From IMG/VR virus record IMGVR_UViG_3300032294_002797, positions 62,001-126,000 of that record: 64,000 bases of DNA. One strand, given 5' to 3'. Position numbers and translations under genes: made by a program. Positions 22,401 to 29,682 of the stretch are shown here, in pieces. The first letter of the stretch is position 1. Every line of letters starts with the position of its first letter. A model generated the notes under the pieces. The model was not told the DNA's origin. It made no database searches and saw only the letters and a list, made by a program, of their open reading frames with translations.

Positions 22401-25400
22401 CAAGTCTTTTCCGTTCATGATAAATGGAAATATGCGTGAGATTCTAGGTAAAGATTTTGAGGATGTCGCTGCTCAACAAGCTGCTGCTACTAAAGGCAAA
22501 GTACATAGCAGATTACTACCGGTTGACGAATTAAAGGTCAATTTACCAGTGAATATACAGGGTAAACAACCTCAATTATCTATACCAATAGCTTATGAAG
22601 AATATACCGGAGAACTATTTGATCCATCAACTAAGAATTTTGATGGTAAGCCTTTTACCACTTTGTTGCCTAATAATATTTCAGAAACTCTTTTTCAAAA
22701 TTTGGACGAATCACGAAAAAGATTATTTACAACTAAAAAATATACAGTACCAGATATTTTAAAAGCATCGAAACTAGATGATCCTACTAATCCGATTTTT
22801 ACTGATATAATAGACTTATTCAAGTTTCAAACTAATAATGATCCTAATGTAGATGCACAGGCTAAAAAAGTAGCAGCAAATCTTAATTTAGTATTCGATC
22901 ATCCTCAAAATTCTTTAATTAAAAATGTAGGCTTAGCTGGAGACGGCGGGGTAGATGTGTTCTCTGCTATGAGCGATGAGCCCACCACAGTTAATGTAGG
23001 AGAATTTTTACTCAAAAAATTCCAAGAGTTTAGAGGCCAGCTAGCTTCTGGAGCAAATAAAGTAGATCCAATTATGCCGAAAGGCGCTGTATTTTCTGAT
23101 GCTGAACTTCCTCAAGCAACTGCCGCACTGATTCGTGGATCGATGGCATTATTTGGGGGCCTAAAATTACCGGGTGCTCCTTATGGATGGCTTTCTAAAT
23201 CTGGTGGTCCTCAAGCTCTCAGAGCTGCTATATCAGGTAACCCCGTAGCAGCAGCGCAGCATATGGCAGGAGTATTAAATCAAGCAGGAGCTTATGTCTC
23301 GCAATTACAAAATAGGGCTCCTAATGTATCAGCTTATAATGCTCTAGATAATGCTATGACTATGATTAGTGGAGCAGCTAATGCTTTTGGTTCCTTAGCT
23401 GGTGGGGATACTAGTCTGTTAAAGCAGTTTTATGAGAATAAGGTGCCTATCGCCGCAGTATTTCGTAGTTTAGGAGCTGCGTCTAGATTTGGTAAAATAT
23501 CGGGTATGAAATTGAGTCCGGATTGGCAAAATATATTAGGTAATCAGCTTCAGGGATCCAAATTGAAAACTGTTGGACGAGATGGTTCATTATCAGACGC
23601 CACGTTAGTTAGTGCGATACCAGAAAACGCCACTGTTTCTGATTTAGTCAAAGTAATTTTTAATCCATATAATGAATTTGCTGGTAAAGATATACGAAAA
23701 GGTCTTATTCAAAAATTTGGTGATGATATATTCAATCTGAGAGGACCAAATCGCATGCCGTATTTTGATCCTCAAACCTTATCTTTTATTAGAACGGGAC
23801 TTTATCGTTTGATGGATTGGTATGGAGGAAAAGGAAATTGGGTAGGACAAGACTATTTCTTTGATGAGAAAAACGAACCAGATAATGCTCTTCGTATGGC
23901 TAATTTTGCTCAATCTTTAAAAACAGATGGGTCTCAATTCTATAAAGACGCTATGGAAGCCCATACTCTATTTGGTTTGTCTAATGCTTTTGGAGCTTTA
24001 CCAACAGATCAATGGTTTATGTCTCGTGGCGCTGTATTGCCACAAAAGAAGGCGGCTGGCGGAGTTATCTATGCTCAAACGGGTGGAAACTTAGTCAACT
24101 TTAAACCCCAGGGCACTGATACAGTTCCCGCGATGTTAACCCCAGGAGAATTTGTTGTTAATAGACGAGCAACACAAAAAAATCTACCACTACTACGATC
24201 CTTGAATAGTGGTGGATCTACAGGATATAGTCAAGGAGGGGTGGTTTATTTAAGCGGCGGAAGTGCCGACCCTGTTGTAGACGTTACCGGCAATGGTGTT
24301 GGAAACATATCGCCAAAAGTTATTCAACAAGCATTGATTACAGGGATTAGAAATGACCAATTATTAGCCGGTAATGCATCTAGAGAAGATACTTTGGACA
24401 TGACGGTGAGAGATTATACTAGACGAACGGTTTTCAAGGACCATCTTTTAAATCTTGGTGTTACTCCAGAACAGCTTAAAATAGCAGAAGATGATCTACG
24501 AGAAAGATCGGAAACCGGCGTAGACTTACCGGCAGGTGATATGTATGATAGACAAATTGCGGGTACTTTAATTAGACAAGGAATATCACAAGATATTATT
24601 GATAAAGCTAAAAAAGCTAATTATGAAGCACAAAATAAGACATTTCGTATACAAAAAGATTTGTTTGATAAGAAAAAAATGGCATTAGCAAGATCTAATG
24701 TTTTTGGTGTTGAATATTTTATGGGAAACTTAAGCATTTTTGATGCATCTCGTGGGGCACGTAAAGATAAAAAACTATTAGAAGAGCGTTTTAAATTAAC
24801 AGATATGACCAAAGATAATACTGTTAATGTACTAGATTTATTAACATGGTTATCTAGAAATCCAGATGTTCAATCGGCTGCTAATCCATATATCAGCTCA
24901 TCCGATGCCTGGATGCCCAAAGGCTTTTTATCTGGTAGTGGCGGTGTATTTTCTGATACTACTCGTAAACAAGACGAAAGAGCCGAAATAGAACCGCATA
25001 TTCGTACTCTCTCTCCTCAACTTGATACATGGGCGAATGTTCTCAGGTATAGACTAGATTCTGCCCGACAAGCCCAAGATCTAAGAGATGCAGAAGCTAA
25101 ATTAGCACAAAATCAAACAAAGGAAAAACAAGGGGTTGAAGCTTGGGGTAGCGGTGGAGCCGGAGGGATAGATCCATCTGAAATTAATACGCTAAGAGCC
25201 AAACAAAAAGAATGGGGACAGAAAAGATTACAGTATATGGAAAGACTAAATACTTTAGAAGGTCTTATTTCTTTAAGAGCTATCGGCGGTACAGGAGTGG
25301 GGTCTTTGGAGGAACTTGTCGCCAATGAACAAGGTATGTCTACAAGTATTAGAGATAATGAACAATTAGGTTTGAGAGAAGATATTATAGATGAAGGCAA

Positions 25401-28400
25401 TAGAGAAGGTTTGCGTAAAGGAGCGAGAAATTTAGTCATGACAGCAGCAATAGGCGCTGCTTCACCATTTTTATTGCCCGCTGGAATAGCAGCTGCTGGA
25501 GGAGCAGCGGTATTAACTATCGGAGGTTCGCTTGGAGCAATGTATTTGGCTGATGCTGTTGAAGAAAAGAATTATCAAAATCTAAAAAATACCGATCCTA
25601 AAGAATTTGCTCGTCAACAGTTATTAAGAAGTCAAAATTCGTATCAGGAAGCTGCTGCTTCTATGGAAAATATTGTAGACATTGCTGATATGGCTTTGGG
25701 TATTGGCGCCGGCGCTGTAAACACAAAGGGATTATTTAAATATAGATTTTTTCAAGAAGCTGCAGACGGTCAGCCTGTCAAGATAAAAAATACTGCTGTT
25801 AGTCGTTCAGCAGAAGCTAAGGACATAGCAGATAAAAGTAAAGCAGCTCTCAAAGACATGTCCGATGATGCAAAAGCTAAACCAAAAACAGCTGATGATG
25901 TTAAAACTGATACTGAAGCTAAAGCAAAAACGAAAACCGAGCAACCGGCAACACCAGAAAAACCCATTAAATTTAAGAGTCCAAAAGTAGCAGAAGCCTG
26001 GAATAATGCCGTAGCCGAAGCTAGAGCCAAATATAATAAGTCTATAAATGAATTTTCAGACCAACAGATGAAAGATTATTTTGAGACCGGACCAGGCTCA
26101 GCTGCTAAACAACAAGTTAATGCTCAAATAGAACAATTGAAACTTGATGCTGGTGCGACAAAGATGAACGATGCTGATGCTTGGAATACCATAGCAACAC
26201 AGTATCCCGATAGATTTGGACAATTTGCAGATGATCTGAAGAAAAATGGATATATGATAGATGATGATGGAAATATTATATTTGGTCCTAATGCTAGAGG
26301 TATTGTAGATTCTGATCCCAATATGGCCGGGGCTTTTGAAAATGCTCGTACAAAAGCTAGACAACAGGGTATAGACGAGGCCGCTGATAAATTAAAAATT
26401 AAAAAAGGTAGTAAAGATTATGATGATTTAGTAAAAGCATATGATGATGATATTAGTATTAAAGGAAGAACATGGAGAGGATATGTCAAAGATAAATGGG
26501 CTGCTGTCACTAAGTCCAAATGGGCAAGATTAGCAGCGGGTGGTGCCGCATTACTGGCTGCATGGCAGGCTTGGATGATGCTTAATGCAAATAAACAAAA
26601 TCAAAAACCCCCAGGAGGTGCTCCAACAATTCCACCAGCTCCTGGTACTGGAGGTTCTGGTGGTGGTGGCGGCGGCGGTAGCGGTGGAGGTAACACACCA
26701 ACTGTTCCCCCTCTGGAGCCCACTGTTGTCGATCCTGCTGGTAAAACTGTTAAAAAGATAGAAACTCCTAATTATTATGATGAATTAACATATAAAGAAT
26801 ATGTAAGTAGACAACTAGTGGCCGGTCATGCTCCACCAGAGCCGATCAAAAAGTTATTTACTACGGCCGCTGTTTATGGCTATCAGACAGATGCTACAGG
26901 CAAGAGAATTAGAGGTAGTAATAGAAGAACCACAGCATATGATCAAAGAGATACTAGTGGCTTAAATAAAGGTATTGGTTTAGAAGGAGATGAAACCGGC
27001 GGCGCTATGCGCGCTAAAAGTCCTGTTGGAGGCAGAACTGTTTCGTCTCAAACCCACACTACTACCGCTCCATTTGTCCCTAGTTCTACAACATATGATG
27101 GAAAGGGCGGGTTTAATTATAAGCCAGGCGGTGCTCCTCAAGATACTAGAAATTTATCAGAAGAAGATAAAGCTAGAATAAAAAAACAAGGAGGATTCTT
27201 ACCATCCGGCCAGTTCGGTACTGACCAAAATAATAAAGAAGGTAATGCGGGTATACGTCAATCTGCGGGGGCCGCACCAGCAATACCATTTGGTGTTCGA
27301 CCCGTGCCTCCAGAAAAAAAACAGGGAGCCGCAGATGAATTTGTAGAGTCTGCAAGTAGTACAGACGTTGCTAAACAAATGGAAATAGCAAATCGACCAA
27401 TGAGTGTTCGCGGAAAAACAGTTATGTGGGGTAGAACAAGCCCTCTTACTCAATATAAAACAGCTTATGCATTCTGGAGACGTAAACTAGGAGAATATAA
27501 TTATTTTAATAGTATAGCTTATCAAAAGAAAGATAGATGGAAAAAAGGATTTGGTAAATATGATAGTGTCTTAAAACAAGAAAAAGAAGCACAAGGATTG
27601 TCTAGGGGTGGTGTGGTATATGCTCAAAATGGCATGCTTATTCCTTATCAACCTAGGGGTACTGATACTGTTCCGGCTATGTTAACGCCGGGTGAATTTG
27701 TGGTTAATAGAGCCGCCACACAAAAACACTTGCCTTTATTAAAAACTCTCAACCGTAGCAAAGGCGGAACTGTTTCATATTTATCAGCCGGAGGACAATC
27801 TGCTCCCGCGGCTCCTCCTTTGTTTGTATCAGACAAGAATGCTGCAAAACTCAGTAATGTTGGTAAAGATGTAAAAAATGTAGAGATTCTTGGCAAGGAT
27901 ATCAAATCATTATTAATTAATAATCCTGTTCCTAAAAAATTAGATGAATCAACAGGTAAAATTTTAGATTGTTGTAAAGATAGTCAAAATAAAAACCAAA
28001 AAAATGCAGAAAATATTTTAACGCTACAACTACAAAATAGAACTAATATGGGTATTAGTACAAAACTCATTATGGGCGCCATAGAATATACTGGAATGAA
28101 AGCCGAGGCCGCGATAGCCAAAGCTTCAGTTGAAAAACCAGCTTGGGTAGACGAGGAAGTTAATAGCATACAATCAAAAATAATTGTAATGATTAGTCAG
28201 AGCATAGACTCGGCGAAACAATCAGTAACCGACACCATTGGGGCGGCCAAAGATGCTCTTGCGGGTATGCTCGGAGGCGCCGCTGCACCTGCTGGTGCTG
28301 TTCCTGGTCCCGCTGCGGCCGGTGCCGCCGCTGCTCCTGCGGCGGGAGCCGCTGGTTTGTACAACGGAGGTATGGTATATGCTAGTAATGGAACTCTTAT

Positions 28401-29670
28401 AAATTATCAACCAAGAGGCACAGATACCGTACCAGCAATGTTGACTCCTGGAGAATTTGTAGTTAATGCTAGAGCAACAAAAAAACATTTACCTCTATTG
28501 AGTGCTATTAATGATGGAAATTATAAAGCTGATGGTGGTATTATCACACCGAGTTATTATGCGAACGGGGGTCACAACCCAGATCATAAGCAATGGGCTG
28601 AAGCGAGACAAAGACACGAAGAACGTCAAGAACAAACTCAAATATTAAGCGGATATAAAAAATTTGGAAATAGAGCGCCATTATTTTTTGAAATAGATAA
28701 TCAGATAAAGCAAGCTCGTAATCTGTTTGATGCACTTGATGCAAACGCTATTAACGAAGATCTAACTAAAGATCAAGTTATAACTATGGTTGAAGATAAA
28801 ATAGCAAAAGCATCGTCCGATCAAAAGGCTGCTCTCATAAATGCAGAAAGAGCAACGGCTCAACAACGCTTTCAGTATTTATTAGGTGTCGTTCAAAGAT
28901 CTTCTGTAGCTATACAATCTCTAACAGGTAATGCTAGAAATTATGAGTCGGTACAAAATCCTGGATTTACTTACTATGATATTCTAGATGCTCAAATAAA
29001 GCATGGCCAGGCAGAAGGAAAAGCGCTATACGAAGGATGGTTAGAATTAAATAAAGAAGTGGGCTCAGTATCTTTACCGGGCTCAACAGCGGTAGGTTTA
29101 CCAGCACCAGGAGCAGGAGGAGCGAATCCGCCTGTTGGTAAACAGTACGGAGGATTAATTTATGCTAATAATGGCATGTTAATTCCTTATCAGCCCAAAG
29201 GAACTGATACTGTGCCTGCTATGCTCACTCCTGGTGAATTTGTAGTTAATAGAAATGCTACCAGGAATAATCTTGCTTTATTACAAGATATTAATAGTAA
29301 TAGATTTAATAATGGTGGTCCTGTAGTATATAAGCAAGCGGGCGGTCCTATTATGTATAGGCAATATGGCGGAATGACGGATGAATCTGGCGGAGGCACT
29401 AGTGGTGTATCTAATAGTGGCGGACCTGATTTTGATAAATTAGCCCAATTTACCGCCACCTTTGATAGATTTATTGGCCAATTACAAAAACTTAATATTC
29501 CACCACAAATTAATTTAACTCTAACACAACAGAAGCCATTGGAGATTAATGTTAACGGAGCAGAAGCACTACAAAAACTATTGGAAGGTCCATTAGGAGA
29601 TATTGTAAGAGGAAATGTCAATACAGCACTTAATCAAAATCGCGTAGGTAACGAAGAACCACCACAATAA
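13495..29670 (+). CDS. Giant modular tail tape-measure protein (5391 aa) with repeat-bounded cargo domains
   Basis: N-terminal TMP core (FDRQIVRLSQVT..ATNFGVSSSDISQVAVTLAQAG..); long Ala-rich helices; canonical position; eight copies of a GTDTVPAMLTPGEFVVN-type module; embedded HAD and PD-(D/E)xK-like motifs. Confidence 0.9.
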   Translation: MARGFNLTAEINLRGPSNIRQITSNIRRQLGNINANINLNIDRNASRTITQVNNNLRVLTQTLGATTTAATNATTAFNNLAAAMRAVGNVNLPATISTPLVRTAGAANNASRAIAQARTEFEDFGRQAGLAVRRFAAFASVTSVIYGVTNALAKGVQQYIEFDRQIVRLSQVTNESRESLSAMVQEITKLATNFGVSSSDISQVAVTLAQAGLTAKDTRIALEALAKSALAPSFDSLSDTVEGSIALMRQFGISAGQLENALGSVNSVAAAFAVEAGDIITAIQRTGGVFAAASKGVSEGTDALNEFIAVFTSVRATTRESAETIATGLRTIFTRIQRGDTVEALKEFGVTLTDLEGKFVGPYEAVRRLSEGLSRLDPRDLKFSSIVEELGGFRQIGKVLPLIQQFSTAQEALKIAQQGQGSLAIDAAKGQMALAVQIQKVREEFSALVRSLGDSKGFQTLVRLGLDLASALIKVADATKGVLPLIAIMGAFRGASALTQFAGGFGGGFRGNRQRARDGGVIGFARGGLVPGSGDSDSVNARLTPGEFVMRKSAVRSIGADNLSSMNRGGGIKKLREGGYTVRELADSQRTIINNYLYPRNKNSNLELNDKVNAQIIRVKEKPLTDAEIREIKGAYPTLTGKLKTKIKDPKNRKLLVESQRPTYQGPESDSIDGLEYSRAEKAWATKYEEIIRKRHNLEAANKDNPNYPVDTVSSRNVWGEVKFKTTKEPKRALIAKLLAKKLLDRSVNRFFKENSSDQVDGSIETDPLGRNTVNLGNLEYYGGDTGPGLESHKKQFYRKLRSGGIVQKFKEGGETLTLEKARGMSRKDILDILSGRKGGISTTEREVGVSSGEIYTILGQRNPDAKTQGLKEAILQKAVTANNRQLGAAKAQITKLQNNNLEVAAAGLFGSKFADQNMDIESPSLSQSAKVRVISGIMDSKIASSFSSIVSETTDKLTTRLAEVATTGDILAKLGLGKELNTDFDRTLVTGADKILSDPGKPVFSEFSDPNKVSAALQGAELTYLGSSLVELIKQRKDLLQYIRVVTARPESTLGLIQGFLASKDLPIPRSQFKGFGGENISADEIAELKAAFLNPDSLFVDDDPRNIAAAKKRSNEGITSYLYGTGKSLPNSQAQGDIEGLLLEQVVQKLGGPGALKGMGFDFPNGLGDAAKYFGLPDDIPTDVKRTISGPSTIKDNIVTYLKNVMGYAGGGTVPAMVSNGEAYVPPAMAKKIGYGKLHKMNQADRNGMNSFASGGMSIFKGSGTGTSDSIGPIGLPVGSFILREKATKALGLNSGGRVQKFLFGGRSRGPAARPDAISVDTIGASNTAVRSLGDLATVLNDLGVASSRSSQLLSRGYQATAAEAQRAYEADLVMARAAGASADVLYDLEQALIRTRQEAEAEVAVMQSLANMSGVELQDTLSDMEDELRRLTDAARNAAAAAGLTGEELETEVRAGAGDRRRQAFETVAASGTGPLRALGGGTGLDLAAIGATGDDLGRVINNLMRDAETLEQMNMRYTQNRREEVAQAAMAAGNIARAARIRAGSERDVEETIQREIRARTTAVEQNARSTGARGPDEAREFNRQNNMLASFAVMTVGNIIADTINAKSSATEAGVAGGIRGGTQAFAYANQISGELTNFADGLSRTGNRFAGLASNIARFAGRVQIFAVLGEAAIQAYNGIRQFGIELEKNRVEQALSGLTEQFDKLNKDLNQLDLRNAIQSNIIDASRSSERLRSQTLDTASAGWINGIDVFISSLQNSETNNTNRRAALRSQVLEKEGIMEYINTSFGGADTYAAKAAKYSGQQALESSQSFKPVADNINQLISARIRGGENIGDILGGPEFKDFATSLVYADSALNKHIREIELSTRYTEEEKKARIDEIISIQGANKIRTQAAIAQREKDQRELGTVASVYTRSLKRMFTNMEQAINAAAYSLKQMTDNIDLNVSALQGQAKVGSVDLQTSNIIQNPRAYNPGVRSSAQASASSLFGTRAPEMAQLMNLGETVENTVMSTINKTLEDKGPDASNEAIARAVDKSVRDELSGLGLPPELADKLAKEVGDTLVDLRKSGDEKVDFAKLSEKLGSLSSVIDTAKDAQQAAIKALENYQNVLNAYANNINRIIDLETSARDKFNKSVNIAADGSTALSKALGRTITVADAFAKRDASIARQTGGLTDPTDIFNKILSLNNNRDILQSSSREAADKGPAGIQDFIKFNSELKNTNIALRENRAALEDMATNTEKASSAMDAIQEAQQKAAGRIGFLEKVVTSTPDELDSLNQSLYRLQRNMNGQQNTIQNSIGAQKAYRDALNQGASAAEAMRAAQTAFANERKETLGTLQDIMPFLGDNQQANNIKANVLETMLAESGMGVSPLFQQILNTLRNPEQDPATAAAIQYYNQSIAEQSTATRLLGQLDQQLANDIAVQNSKLIVDGLTKTVLTFQNNELRDIADKVNTMVSIMQKAPGAGGLASGGMVYAAGGQFINFQPKGTDTVPAMLTPGEFVVNRAATQANLPLLKSINNGYSRGGKVSYYAAGGFVTNWGSQTSMDEFGMMSDKEIIDPSVEANRAIWSAGYKQNIRLLPSYYTLDFSDDNTTIPSPGADPDSPNFNLDQIKPTSGKVRVGSAVGISRVGDDQYAYIDNQGAIDASSDMPIIKAAETNLYLGLDKFKSTNFAQSKATEYKDRFRSFEALDSTLHKSISMDPIAFADDLPKLSDFTSNANEWNPTLAGKSYGIAFDTSTEIRPTDKDVSAAPSFKIWYYKRSPLNYAGWAPGLAMGVSVKQPNFDIGTPYSSNDGFDSKSWVVFGSGKYKSAMYPDLEKMNGVITGKGIKDANTISSENYELYKNTVDFLSGASTYKDTGGLGAALQQKLSSLYNGLAQFITLDQNEIAPLDELVKLNATSAIIAQQSLEQQFKDGLQFIDTNAAKYNKVKIGLTGAKPAIKNPDFLASKPFDIENTATKISKSFPFMINGNMREILGKDFEDVAAQQAAATKGKVHSRLLPVDELKVNLPVNIQGKQPQLSIPIAYEEYTGELFDPSTKNFDGKPFTTLLPNNISETLFQNLDESRKRLFTTKKYTVPDILKASKLDDPTNPIFTDIIDLFKFQTNNDPNVDAQAKKVAANLNLVFDHPQNSLIKNVGLAGDGGVDVFSAMSDEPTTVNVGEFLLKKFQEFRGQLASGANKVDPIMPKGAVFSDAELPQATAALIRGSMALFGGLKLPGAPYGWLSKSGGPQALRAAISGNPVAAAQHMAGVLNQAGAYVSQLQNRAPNVSAYNALDNAMTMISGAANAFGSLAGGDTSLLKQFYENKVPIAAVFRSLGAASRFGKISGMKLSPDWQNILGNQLQGSKLKTVGRDGSLSDATLVSAIPENATVSDLVKVIFNPYNEFAGKDIRKGLIQKFGDDIFNLRGPNRMPYFDPQTLSFIRTGLYRLMDWYGGKGNWVGQDYFFDEKNEPDNALRMANFAQSLKTDGSQFYKDAMEAHTLFGLSNAFGALPTDQWFMSRGAVLPQKKAAGGVIYAQTGGNLVNFKPQGTDTVPAMLTPGEFVVNRRATQKNLPLLRSLNSGGSTGYSQGGVVYLSGGSADPVVDVTGNGVGNISPKVIQQALITGIRNDQLLAGNASREDTLDMTVRDYTRRTVFKDHLLNLGVTPEQLKIAEDDLRERSETGVDLPAGDMYDRQIAGTLIRQGISQDIIDKAKKANYEAQNKTFRIQKDLFDKKKMALARSNVFGVEYFMGNLSIFDASRGARKDKKLLEERFKLTDMTKDNTVNVLDLLTWLSRNPDVQSAANPYISSSDAWMPKGFLSGSGGVFSDTTRKQDERAEIEPHIRTLSPQLDTWANVLRYRLDSARQAQDLRDAEAKLAQNQTKEKQGVEAWGSGGAGGIDPSEINTLRAKQKEWGQKRLQYMERLNTLEGLISLRAIGGTGVGSLEELVANEQGMSTSIRDNEQLGLREDIIDEGNREGLRKGARNLVMTAAIGAASPFLLPAGIAAAGGAAVLTIGGSLGAMYLADAVEEKNYQNLKNTDPKEFARQQLLRSQNSYQEAAASMENIVDIADMALGIGAGAVNTKGLFKYRFFQEAADGQPVKIKNTAVSRSAEAKDIADKSKAALKDMSDDAKAKPKTADDVKTDTEAKAKTKTEQPATPEKPIKFKSPKVAEAWNNAVAEARAKYNKSINEFSDQQMKDYFETGPGSAAKQQVNAQIEQLKLDAGATKMNDADAWNTIATQYPDRFGQFADDLKKNGYMIDDDGNIIFGPNARGIVDSDPNMAGAFENARTKARQQGIDEAADKLKIKKGSKDYDDLVKAYDDDISIKGRTWRGYVKDKWAAVTKSKWARLAAGGAALLAAWQAWMMLNANKQNQKPPGGAPTIPPAPGTGGSGGGGGGGSGGGNTPTVPPLEPTVVDPAGKTVKKIETPNYYDELTYKEYVSRQLVAGHAPPEPIKKLFTTAAVYGYQTDATGKRIRGSNRRTTAYDQRDTSGLNKGIGLEGDETGGAMRAKSPVGGRTVSSQTHTTTAPFVPSSTTYDGKGGFNYKPGGAPQDTRNLSEEDKARIKKQGGFLPSGQFGTDQNNKEGNAGIRQSAGAAPAIPFGVRPVPPEKKQGAADEFVESASSTDVAKQMEIANRPMSVRGKTVMWGRTSPLTQYKTAYAFWRRKLGEYNYFNSIAYQKKDRWKKGFGKYDSVLKQEKEAQGLSRGGVVYAQNGMLIPYQPRGTDTVPAMLTPGEFVVNRAATQKHLPLLKTLNRSKGGTVSYLSAGGQSAPAAPPLFVSDKNAAKLSNVGKDVKNVEILGKDIKSLLINNPVPKKLDESTGKILDCCKDSQNKNQKNAENILTLQLQNRTNMGISTKLIMGAIEYTGMKAEAAIAKASVEKPAWVDEEVNSIQSKIIVMISQSIDSAKQSVTDTIGAAKDALAGMLGGAAAPAGAVPGPAAAGAAAAPAAGAAGLYNGGMVYASNGTLINYQPRGTDTVPAMLTPGEFVVNARATKKHLPLLSAINDGNYKADGGIITPSYYANGGHNPDHKQWAEARQRHEERQEQTQILSGYKKFGNRAPLFFEIDNQIKQARNLFDALDANAINEDLTKDQVITMVEDKIAKASSDQKAALINAERATAQQRFQYLLGVVQRSSVAIQSLTGNARNYESVQNPGFTYYDILDAQIKHGQAEGKALYEGWLELNKEVGSVSLPGSTAVGLPAPGAGGANPPVGKQYGGLIYANNGMLIPYQPKGTDTVPAMLTPGEFVVNRNATRNNLALLQDINSNRFNNGGPVVYKQAGGPIMYRQYGGMTDESGGGTSGVSNSGGPDFDKLAQFTATFDRFIGQLQKLNIPPQINLTLTQQKPLEINVNGAEALQKLLEGPLGDIVRGNVNTALNQNRVGNEEPPQ
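15088..29250 (+). repeat. Dispersed in-frame module repeats in the TMP
   Basis: Exact GTDTVPAMLTPGEFVVN at 20977, 24112, 27658, 28417 and 29200; degenerate copies at ~15088, ~17137 and ~17281. Confidence 0.95.
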
Positions 29671-29682
29671 AGAAAGTTAAAA

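Noticed and set aside
28260-28360. GC-rich patch as foreign DNA
   Set aside because: Explained by an Ala/Gly/Pro linker (AAAPAGAVPGPAAAG) within the TMP
20977-29250. TMP repeats as a CRISPR array or DGR template/variable repeats
   Set aside because: They are in-frame, 0.7-3.5 kb apart and differ at synonymous sites rather than adenines; no cas or reverse transcriptase gene is in the window
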